Source: Gammaproteobacteria bacterium
GTDB taxonomy: Bacteria > Pseudomonadota > Gammaproteobacteria > Eutrophobiales > Eutrophobiaceae
Length of the DNA stretch: 64,000 bases
Reading direction: 5' to 3'
Assembly (NCBI GenBank): GCA_965238225.1
Contig: OZ250183.1
Span: 288,001-352,000 of the forward strand
This document shows positions 55,740-64,000 of the stretch, piece after piece (position 1 is the first letter of the stretch; the number at the start of each line of letters is the position of its first letter). The notes under the pieces were generated by a model. The model was not told the DNA's origin. It saw only the letters and a list, made by a program, of their open reading frames with translations, and did not search any database. The position numbers and the translations under genes are program-made.

Positions 55740-56211
55740 TTTTGATGCGTGTTCGTAAGTTATTGATTATATTCCGCCATCGCCATAATAACATTAATTG
55801 CCTATGCCGAATCAACTCCACACTGCCTACACTAATAGCATATACGCCTTGTGTCAAAAATTCTGTGGCCTTTTAGGCCTTTTTGCTTGCGCTGTCGTTC
55901 GCTCTTGGCAATTTTTCGGGAAATAATTGCCCTAGGGAGTAATTGCCTGTGCCGCCGCAGAGATAAATTAATGCATGCAGTGAGCATTTTAGCAGCGAGT
56001 ATTGAGGCGCGTTTGTCATAAAGAGTACAATTTTTTATAACACAGTGCAGTATATTTCACTTCACTATGGCCTAAATCAAAACCGTAAGTTGCAATTTTT
56101 GCCAAACATTAAAGAAAAACACACTGTGTTGGACGATATATTAATCATTACCGAATGAAAAAATAGCTTACAATCTCCACCTTCACAAATAAAAACAACA
56201 ACAGTATACAT

Positions 56212-57060
56212 ATGCCGCATATAAAAAAACATCGTTTCAATAAACATCAAAAATCTGGATCGTCAAAAAAGACTATGTCGGACAAAGCAGATATTAATGT
56301 TCTTTATGAGAAATCTGTTCAGTGTATTGAGTCAGAAATAGATTTTATTGATGAGACATTTCAAAAACTTCGTGGTCGTAAAGCAAGATTATTAAGGGAA
56401 GATTTTTGTGGTACCGCGAATACTTCATGCGAGTGGATACGGCGACGGAAAACAAACAAAGTCATCGCTGTTGACTTAAACGCAGAAGTCCTTGAATGGA
56501 GCCGTAAACACAAGGTAGGAAAATTAACTGAGGAACAGGCAAAACGAGTAGCTTTAATAAACGATAATGTCATGACTGTTAAAACCGGCAAGGTCGATAC
56601 TGCCTGTGCGATGAATTTTAGCTACTGGATCTTTGAAGATCGCCCTACCATGATTAAGTATTTTAAGGGAATATATAACACACTTATCGATGACGGGATT
56701 TTTTTTCTTGATGCCTTCGGTGGGTATGAGGCCTATCAAGAAATGAAGGAGCGCACAGATCATGATAAATTCACCTACATCTGGGATCAGGCGAGCTATA
56801 ATCCTATCACTGGTCATTGCCAATGTTATATACATTTCAAATTTAAGGATGGCTCTAAAATAAACAAAGCCTTCAGCTATGAATGGCGCCTATGGAGTTT
56901 GCCAGAAATCACTGAAATGCTCACAGAAGCAGGTTTTAAGGCTACGGTTTACTGGGAAGGGACAGACGAAGATACTGGTGAAGGCGACGGCATTTTTATT
57001 CCGGCAACTGAAGGTGAAGCCGATGCTGGTTGGATTGCCTATATTGTTGCAGAAAAATAG
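56212..57060 (+). CDS. Class I SAM-dependent methyltransferase
   Basis: LYEKSVQ, LREDFCGTA, AVDL, AMNFSYW, YIWDQ, FSYEWRLW. Confidence 0.82.
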   Translation: MPHIKKHRFNKHQKSGSSKKTMSDKADINVLYEKSVQCIESEIDFIDETFQKLRGRKARLLREDFCGTANTSCEWIRRRKTNKVIAVDLNAEVLEWSRKHKVGKLTEEQAKRVALINDNVMTVKTGKVDTACAMNFSYWIFEDRPTMIKYFKGIYNTLIDDGIFFLDAFGGYEAYQEMKERTDHDKFTYIWDQASYNPITGHCQCYIHFKFKDGSKINKAFSYEWRLWSLPEITEMLTEAGFKATVYWEGTDEDTGEGDGIFIPATEGEADAGWIAYIVAEK

Positions 57061-57140
57061 CCATTCAACGTCCATTAAAAGCGCAGAAAATCTGGCGTTT
57101 TTTGTAATTTTGTTATATATCCAAAAAACAAGAGCTCATC

Positions 57141-57554
57141 ATGAAAAAAATAATTCTTGCAGTCGTTTTATTAGTAACGCTAGCACTATTTTTTTCTCTG
57201 ACTAATTTACAATTTAATCAAGACGCAATGCCCCCTAATATCAACAAGCCAGAATCATGGTATTCTGATAACTGGTGTAAATCTAATGGCGGAGAATCAG
57301 AGGTAGTACTTTCAGATGGAACACGTGCTGATTGTGTAACTGAAAACCAGGCTATAGAGTTTGATTTTACAAAAAAACCATACGAATGCACAGGGCAAGC
57401 TCTTCATTACGCAAACAAAACTGGAAAAAATCCACTTTGTATCCTTATTCAAAGAGAAGGAACTAGTATGGAAAAAGTTTCTCGTGCTGTTCAGCGCGTT
57501 AGTGTGCCTGTAAAATGTATGTCTTCCTTAGGCGTAATTGTAAATTGCCCCTAA
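57141..57554 (+). CDS. Exported hypothetical protein with a PD-(D/E)XK-like motif
   Basis: Signal/TM N-terminus; LSDGTRADC...AIEFDF...GQALHYA; six Cys. Confidence 0.65.
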   Translation: MKKIILAVVLLVTLALFFSLTNLQFNQDAMPPNINKPESWYSDNWCKSNGGESEVVLSDGTRADCVTENQAIEFDFTKKPYECTGQALHYANKTGKNPLCILIQREGTSMEKVSRAVQRVSVPVKCMSSLGVIVNCP

Positions 57555-57612
57555 AACCAACATCCTTCACAATCACATAAAGACTTGGCAGTATCTCACA
57601 GCTGTTGCGCAC

Positions 57613-58455
57613 TCAAAGACGAGTATTTTGAATACTAGTCCACAAGGAAAATAACTCCCGCAATTTCTCTCCTGGATTTTCGGCGTTCATGAACGCTTCG
57701 CCGATAAGAAAACCATCAACACCGTGTTTGCACATGGTTTTAATATCATCAACGGTGTTAATACCGCTTTCAGTAATCACTATGCGATCATGAAAAACAT
57801 CAGGTAATAAATCGATGGTTGTTTCAATATCAGTTGTAAAGGTGTGTAAGTTGCGATTATTTATTCCGATTAAAGGTGTACGTAACATTAAACCGCGTTC
57901 AAGTTCTTCACGGTTATGAATTTCGACAAGGACATCCAGCCCGATTTCAGTCGCAATGCCGGTGAGTTCTTGAATCTGTGTATCAGACAGGGCAGAGACG
58001 ATAACAAGGATACAGTCAGCACCTAAAACTCTAGATTCGTAAATTTGATAAGGGTCAATCATAAAATCTTTTCGTAGTACAGGCAATGTACAGGCAGCTC
58101 GAGCGCTTTGCATCGCTTCATCCGAACCTTGAAAAAAATCTAGGTCAGTAAGTACAGATAAACATGTCGCGCCTGCTTTCTCATAAGACTGTGCAATTAA
58201 TTCAGGATCAAAATTTTTACAAATGACCCCTTTGCTTGGTGAGGCTTTTTTAATTTCTGCAATGATAGCTGCACGACCTTCACTAATTGATTGCTCAATT
58301 GCTATCTTGAAACCCCGTGTTGGCAGGCAATCACGAGCTCTGTGTTTTAATTCCTGCTCCGATTTTTTTAACTTGCGCTCACTAATTTCCTCAACTTTAC
58401 GAGACAAGATTTTCTTCAGGATATCAGGTGTATTTTGCGCTGTGGTTTGCAACAT
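57613..58455 (-). CDS. trpC: Indole-3-glycerol phosphate synthase
   Basis: IAEIKKASPSKG, LRKDF, GINNRNL, TESGI. Confidence 0.96.
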   Translation of the reverse strand: MLQTTAQNTPDILKKILSRKVEEISERKLKKSEQELKHRARDCLPTRGFKIAIEQSISEGRAAIIAEIKKASPSKGVICKNFDPELIAQSYEKAGATCLSVLTDLDFFQGSDEAMQSARAACTLPVLRKDFMIDPYQIYESRVLGADCILVIVSALSDTQIQELTGIATEIGLDVLVEIHNREELERGLMLRTPLIGINNRNLHTFTTDIETTIDLLPDVFHDRIVITESGINTVDDIKTMCKHGVDGFLIGEAFMNAENPGEKLRELFSLWTSIQNTRL

Positions 58456-58486
58456 GACTAAACAATTAAATTGATATCAATATTTT

Positions 58487-59503
58487 CTAGAAAGATTGTG
58501 TAAGCTTTATTAGTTCATTAAATTTAGATTTAGCCGATCCATTTTCAATCACACGTTTTGCAGATTCAATACCTGCCATTAGAGTATCCTCGATACCCGC
58601 GGTATAAATGGCCGCACCTGCATTTAGTAACACAATATTTTGAGCGGGGCCAACTTGATTATCTAGAACCTCATGCATTACTTTCAGACTGTCTGCGACA
58701 TTTTTAACTACCAATGTGTTGATATGAGCACGGTCAATACCGAATTGTTCTGGTTCAATTTTATATGTTTTAATTTCGCCAGCTTTCAATTCGGCGATGT
58801 TGGTTGGCGCCGAAATACTGATTTCATCCATACCATCTTCTGAATGCACAACCATCACTTGTTCGCTGCCGAGATTTTTCAGAACATTCGCTAATGTTTC
58901 CAACAAATCATAACCAGATACACCTAGTAGCTGTCTTTTTGCAGCAGCAGGATTAGTGAGCGGGCCAAGCACATTGAACACGGTGCGTACGCCAAGTTCT
59001 TTGCGTGCGCCTATGGCATGTTTCATGGCATTGTGATGCATAGGCGCAAACATAAAACCGATGCCAGTTTTCTCAATACATTGCACTATCTGCTTCGGCG
59101 TAAGTTCAAGTTTTATGCCAGCAGCTTCTAATACATCGGCACTGCCAGATTTGCTAGAGACAGAACGGTTTCCATGTTTGGCTACGTGACCTCCTGCTGC
59201 GGCAAGGACAAAGGCAGCTGTGGTTGATATATTGAAAGTACTGAATCCATCACCGCCCGTGCCACAGGTATCAATCAAATTATCATGATTGATATGTACA
59301 CTACTAGCCAATTCTCGCATAACACGAGCGGCTGTAGTAATTTCATCAATCGTCTCACCTTTACTCCGTAGCCCAACTAGGAAGCCTGCTATCTGGGCAT
59401 CAGTACATTCGCCAGCCATTATGTTATTCATGACGCTACGCATCTCATCATCACTGAGATTAGTTTTATTAATTACCGTCTGTATCGCCTTTTGAATATC
59501 CAC
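58487..59503 (-). CDS. trpD: Anthranilate phosphoribosyltransferase
   Basis: DTCGTGGDG, KHGNRSVSSKSGSAD, GPLTNP. Confidence 0.96.
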   Translation of the reverse strand: MDIQKAIQTVINKTNLSDDEMRSVMNNIMAGECTDAQIAGFLVGLRSKGETIDEITTAARVMRELASSVHINHDNLIDTCGTGGDGFSTFNISTTAAFVLAAAGGHVAKHGNRSVSSKSGSADVLEAAGIKLELTPKQIVQCIEKTGIGFMFAPMHHNAMKHAIGARKELGVRTVFNVLGPLTNPAAAKRQLLGVSGYDLLETLANVLKNLGSEQVMVVHSEDGMDEISISAPTNIAELKAGEIKTYKIEPEQFGIDRAHINTLVVKNVADSLKVMHEVLDNQVGPAQNIVLLNAGAAIYTAGIEDTLMAGIESAKRVIENGSAKSKFNELIKLTQSF

Positions 59504-59537
59504 TTATAATGTCTATGGGTAAATATCTATGGGGAAG

Positions 59538-60125
59538 TTAACCATTATCAGTCTTTAGGAAATTCTTCAGTAATTCATGACCATATGAGGTCAGAATTGA
59601 CTCTGGATGAAACTGCACGCCTGAGATGCTATATTCTTTATGTCTTATACCCATGATTTCATCAACTCCACCTTGCTTAGTTTGAGTCCATGCCGTGACT
59701 CCAAAACAATCAGGCAAGGTTGTCTGTTCGATGACCAATGAGTGATAACGTGTTGCGGTGAATGGATTATCTAGGCCAGAAAACACATCACTATTATTAT
59801 GATAAATCTTAGAGGTTTTTCCGTGCATAATTTCCTTCGCATGGATAATCTTTCCGCCAAAGGCCTGTCCAATACTCTGGTGACCAAGGCAAACACCAAA
59901 CAAAGGTAATTTATTTTTGAAGTGTTTAATCAAATCGAGAGAGATGCCAGCTTTATTGGGTGTGCATGGGCCAGGTGAAATAACGATGTGTTCGGGATTA
60001 AGCGCTTCAATTTCGGCAATGCTAATTTTATCATTGCGGTAGACGAGTATCTCCTCGCCCAGCTCGCCAAAATATTGAACCAAGTTGTAGGTAAAAGAAT
60101 CGTAGTTGTCTATCATCAATAACAT
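59538..60125 (-). CDS. trpG: Anthranilate synthase component II
   Basis: [27 protein letters not shown]. Confidence 0.94.
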   Translation of the reverse strand: MLLMIDNYDSFTYNLVQYFGELGEEILVYRNDKISIAEIEALNPEHIVISPGPCTPNKAGISLDLIKHFKNKLPLFGVCLGHQSIGQAFGGKIIHAKEIMHGKTSKIYHNNSDVFSGLDNPFTATRYHSLVIEQTTLPDCFGVTAWTQTKQGGVDEIMGIRHKEYSISGVQFHPESILTSYGHELLKNFLKTDNG

Positions 60126-60168
60126 AATGAACACATCTTGTTTAATTAATCAGGTTAATTAAGCTATC

Positions 60169-61641
60169 TTAATTTAAACCTTTTTCGGCCATAGTCACAG
60201 CTTTGAAAATGGCGCGGCCTTTATCCATTGTTTCATTCCATTCATTCTCAGACACGGAATCTGCAACGATGCCTGCACCAGCTTGAATGTACAATATATT
60301 ATCCTTAATCACTGCCGTGCGTATAGCAATAGCGGTGTCCATGTCGCCATTCCATGACAGGTAACCAACGGCTCCGGCATAAATACCACGTTTCACAGGC
60401 TCTAGTTCGTCTATGATCTCCATAGCTCTTATTTTAGGCGCTCCTGAAACTGTGCCAGCAGGGAAGGTTGCTCTGAAAACATCAATGGCGGTATGTTCGC
60501 TTTTAAGTGTGCCAACTACATTAGAAACGATATGCATCACATGTGAATAGCGTTCAACAATCATTCTATCTGTGACCTTGACGCTGCCTACTTCAGCAAC
60601 GTGTCCTGTGTCGTTACGGCCGAGGTCGATTAACATTAGATGTTCTGCCAATTCTTTTGGATCAGCAAGCAACTCTTGTTCCATTGCTAAATCTTCTTTG
60701 GTATCAGCGCCACGGCGACGAGTGCCTGCAATCGGGCGAACAGTAACTTCATTATCTTCCAGACGCACCAGCATTTCAGGTGAAGAGCCGATAATGTAAA
60801 AATCTTTTAAATTCAGATAAAACATATAAGGCGAAGGATTCAAACAACGCAAGGCACGATATAAATCAATCGGTTGTGCGTTAAATGGAATTGATAGTCG
60901 TTGTGAAAGCACCACCTGCATGGCATCGCCTTCGACAATATAGTCTTTAATACGGTTTACGCCTTGCTGAAATCCTTCTTGGGTGAATCCAGAAATAAAA
61001 TCTTTTTCATCAACACTTCGCGCATTTTTATTTGGCGTATCGACCATGGTAATCGTTAACTTCTTGGCAAGCGCATCAAGTCTTCTCTCTGCGTTTTTAT
61101 AAGCATCGCTTTGTTTCGGGTTTGCATGAACAATGATGTGCAGTTTGCCGCTTAGATTATCAAACACGATTAGCTCTTCTGAAACCATTAATAATATATC
61201 TGGGCACTGTAGTGGGTCATCTTTGTCGCCAATATCCAGACGTGTTTCAATATAGCGAACACAGCCATAACCAAAGTAACCGACCATGCCACCAGAAAAT
61301 CTTGAGATTCCTGTAATCTCAGGCACACGGAATTGTTGATGATAAGATTCCACTGCTTGCAATGGATCCTCGACGGTTTCTTGTTTGATTATTTTTCCGC
61401 CTTTTTCTATTGACAGTTGGTGACCAGATACACGGAAAATGGTGTCAGAACCCAGACCAATAATGGAATAACGACCCCATTTTTCACCACCGTGAATAGA
61501 TTCTAATAAGTAAGAATAAGGTTGGTCGGCTAGTTTTTTGTAGGCACTCAAGGGCGTGTCCATATCTGCAAGCACTTCTCGCATCAACGGAATCCGGTTG
61601 TAATTTTCTTGTGCAAGTTGTTTGAATTGTTCTGGTGTCAT
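60169..61641 (-). CDS. trpE: Anthranilate synthase component I
   Basis: [36 protein letters not shown]. Confidence 0.96.
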   Translation of the reverse strand: MTPEQFKQLAQENYNRIPLMREVLADMDTPLSAYKKLADQPYSYLLESIHGGEKWGRYSIIGLGSDTIFRVSGHQLSIEKGGKIIKQETVEDPLQAVESYHQQFRVPEITGISRFSGGMVGYFGYGCVRYIETRLDIGDKDDPLQCPDILLMVSEELIVFDNLSGKLHIIVHANPKQSDAYKNAERRLDALAKKLTITMVDTPNKNARSVDEKDFISGFTQEGFQQGVNRIKDYIVEGDAMQVVLSQRLSIPFNAQPIDLYRALRCLNPSPYMFYLNLKDFYIIGSSPEMLVRLEDNEVTVRPIAGTRRRGADTKEDLAMEQELLADPKELAEHLMLIDLGRNDTGHVAEVGSVKVTDRMIVERYSHVMHIVSNVVGTLKSEHTAIDVFRATFPAGTVSGAPKIRAMEIIDELEPVKRGIYAGAVGYLSWNGDMDTAIAIRTAVIKDNILYIQAGAGIVADSVSENEWNETMDKGRAIFKAVTMAEKGLN

Positions 61642-61647
61642 CTTCAG

Positions 61648-62343
61648 CTACTTTTGATTAAAAAAAATATTTGTAAGCTCTGCCAGTGAATCGACCACAT
61701 GGTCTGGACTAGCGAGGCGAATATCCTGACCGAGATTATACCCATAGCTGACACATAAAACTTGAAACCCAGCATTACGCGCCGCCATGATATCAGTGAT
61801 TGAGTCACCCACCATTAAAGCCTGTGCGGGGCTAACGCCAAAATGTTGTGCTGTATGTAAAAGTGGCAGGGGGTCAGGCTTTTTCTTTGCTGTGGTATCG
61901 CCGCTTATAATAATCCCAAACACTCTGTAAATATCTAGGGTTTCAAGAATAATTTTTGTAAAACAGCCCGTTTTATTCGTGACAAGCCCAAGTTTAAAAT
62001 TATTGCTGACGAGATAGTTAAGCCCCTCCCTGACACCAGCATAGAGCTTGCTACGCTTGCATGTATTTTCTTTGTAATAGTCTATGAATATGGGTAAAGC
62101 CTTCTTCAAAAGCGAAGCCTCTAGTTTTTTGGAGAAATTATTGGGCACAAAATTACTGCTTAGGCCGCGTTTGACCAATTCTTCAATACCACTACCGACC
62201 CAGCCTCTAACGTTTGTTTCGCCTGCTTTTGGCAGGGAAAGCTCTTGTAACATTTTGTCCAGGCAATAAGCCAAGTCAGGCACGGTATCGACTAAAGTGC
62301 CATCTAGATCCAGCAATACCATTTTGGGATAATTTAAAGACAT
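61648..62343 (-). CDS. gph: Phosphoglycolate phosphatase
   Basis: HAD motifs DLDGTLVD, VTNK, KKPDP, VGDS; located between rpe and trpE. Confidence 0.92.
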   Translation of the reverse strand: MSLNYPKMVLLDLDGTLVDTVPDLAYCLDKMLQELSLPKAGETNVRGWVGSGIEELVKRGLSSNFVPNNFSKKLEASLLKKALPIFIDYYKENTCKRSKLYAGVREGLNYLVSNNFKLGLVTNKTGCFTKIILETLDIYRVFGIIISGDTTAKKKPDPLPLLHTAQHFGVSPAQALMVGDSITDIMAARNAGFQVLCVSYGYNLGQDIRLASPDHVVDSLAELTNIFFNQK

Positions 62344-62362
62344 GAAACGTCACAAGTGGGAT

Positions 62363-63031
62363 TTATAAATTGCTCAACTCAGCACGCATAGCATTGATTG
62401 TTGTTTGGTAATCGTCACTGCCAAAGATAGCAGAACCTGCAACAAAGGTATCTGCGCCAGCTGCAGCAATTTCACGAATATTATCAATCTTGACACCACC
62501 ATCGATTTCAAGACGGATGTCATGGCCGCTGTTATCAATGATTTGACGCGCCTTTTTTAGTTTATCCAAAACAGAAGGGATAAATGACTGACCCCCAAAA
62601 CCAGGGTTGACCGACATGAGTAACACCATATCCACACGGTTAATGATATCACTTAGGATATCCAGAGGTGTCTCAGGGTTAAACGCGATTCCTGATTTAC
62701 AACCGTTTTCATGGATGAGTTGTAAGCTTTCATCCATACGCTTGCTGGCTTCTGGATGAAAAGTGATATAGCTTGCACCTGCTTTGGCAAAATCAGGAAT
62801 TATTCGGTCAACTGGTTTCACCATTAAGTGAACATCCAGCGGTGCCTCGATGCCATAATCGCGTAAAGCCTTAACAATCACTGAACCAAAAGTCAGATTA
62901 GGGACATAGTGATTATCCATTACATCAATATGGATAAAATCTGCGCCCGCAGCTAATACCTTGGCAGTGTCATCACCCAAACGCGCCATATCTGCTGATA
63001 ATATTGAAGGGGCAATGATGTGGCCAGTCAT
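62363..63031 (-). CDS. rpe: Ribulose-phosphate 3-epimerase
   Basis: [37 protein letters not shown]. Confidence 0.97.
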   Translation of the reverse strand: MTGHIIAPSILSADMARLGDDTAKVLAAGADFIHIDVMDNHYVPNLTFGSVIVKALRDYGIEAPLDVHLMVKPVDRIIPDFAKAGASYITFHPEASKRMDESLQLIHENGCKSGIAFNPETPLDILSDIINRVDMVLLMSVNPGFGGQSFIPSVLDKLKKARQIIDNSGHDIRLEIDGGVKIDNIREIAAAGADTFVAGSAIFGSDDYQTTINAMRAELSNL

Positions 63032-63326
63032 AAAATTTAGTTATAGCTTGAATTAATTAACTCTGTTGAAAACAGAGTGAAACTTTACCCTATTGTGGCA
63101 ATGATAGCCACTCACGTTGCGGATTAAAATGTGAACCTAATGTGAACTTGAGAAATATAAATTAAAGTATTATTAATATTTGGTGCTTATTGGTAAGTCG
63201 TTAATTTTTATCGTTTTAGTTTATTATCATCAAATTTCTTCAATACAATGAAAAAAGTGTATGATTAATGCATATCGAATTATAAAATAACATGATTAAT
63301 TGATAGATAATTGAAGGAGAAAAATT

Positions 63327-64000
63327 ATGGAAGGATTTATATTTGTTTTGCTGGCGCTGGTCTTTGTTGGCTTTTTAAAAGCGGTCAATACAGTTACTCA
63401 AGGCTATGAATATACAGTCGAGCGTTTTGGGAAATATACAAGAACGTTGTCTCCGGGCTTGCATTTTATCGTACCTTTTCTCGATGCAATCGGCACCAAG
63501 ATGAATATGATGGAGTCTGTGATGGAAGTGCCTTCTCAGGAAGTCATTACCAAAGACAATGCCATGATTCGGGTCGATGGTGTGGTTTTCTTCCAAGTTC
63601 TAAATGCAGCGCAGGCAGCTTATGAAGTAAATGATCTGACCAGAGCGATATTAAATTTAACCATGACCAATATTCGTACAGTGATGGGTTCAATGGATCT
63701 GGATGAGTTATTGTCAAAAAGAGATACTATCAATGCGCAGTTACTTGCTGTTGTTGATGAAGCCACAGGACCTTGGGGCGTTAAGGTTACGCGTATTGAA
63801 ATTAAAGATATTACACCGCCACAGGATCTGGTCGAATCTATGGCCAGACAAATGAAAGCAGAGCGAGACAAGCGTGCAAATATTCTTGAGGCAGAAGGGT
63901 TTAAGCAAGCCGAAATTCTCAAAGCAGATGGCGAGAAAAGAGCCGCCATTCTTGAGGCAGAAGGTCGCAAGGAATCAGCTTTTCGTGATGCAGAAGCTAG
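63327..64000 (+). CDS. SPFH/band 7 (QmcA-like) membrane protein, 3' partial (absent from the ORF track)
   Basis: RBS AAGGAG and ATG at 63327; [48 protein letters not shown]; open to the end of the window. Confidence 0.92.
   Translation, partial: MEGFIFVLLALVFVGFLKAVNTVTQGYEYTVERFGKYTRTLSPGLHFIVPFLDAIGTKMNMMESVMEVPSQEVITKDNAMIRVDGVVFFQVLNAAQAAYEVNDLTRAILNLTMTNIRTVMGSMDLDELLSKRDTINAQLLAVVDEATGPWGVKVTRIEIKDITPPQDLVESMARQMKAERDKRANILEAEGFKQAEILKADGEKRAAILEAEGRKESAFRDAEA

Noticed and set aside
63375-63970. Minus-strand ORFs 63375-63596 and 63620-63970
   Set aside because: Antisense to the SPFH gene, which the ORF track missed because it has no stop in the window.

Overview
Low-GC (roughly 35-40% by eye) chromosomal segment of a Gammaproteobacterium, probably uncultured and marine or sediment-type (inferred from gene content). 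The backbone is housekeeping: deaD; the FmdB-aspS-nadA-yebC-ruvCAB-ybgC-tolQRAB-pal-cpoB-queE-queC block; bepA, PPi-type pfk, mutM, a Gld-like ABC system, rpmBG, coaBC-dut-algC-argB-slmA, xth, rpe-gph-trpEGDC and a partial SPFH gene. Accessory modules: (1) the 3' part of a CdiA/FHA-like polymorphic toxin with a swapped C-terminus and a frameshifted immunity gene; (2) a histidine kinase / single-domain regulator / diguanylate cyclase operon; (3) a tightly packed five-gene operon (DUF547, ferritin-like diiron protein, TIGR04283-like glycosyltransferase, radical SAM/SPASM, exported SRPBCC) inserted between nadA and yebC, the best candidate for an undescribed pathway; (4) a tRNA-Lys-adjacent type I R-M island whose hsdS is disrupted mainly in its two specificity domains and which carries a Fic gene behind a 70-bp tandem repeat; (5) relics: a soxY::soxZ deletion fusion, an orphaned M.EcoRV-like methylase with an endonuclease remnant where radC usually lies, and a broken algC N-terminal extension. 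All calls come from reading motifs and recalled family knowledge; no database searches were run.
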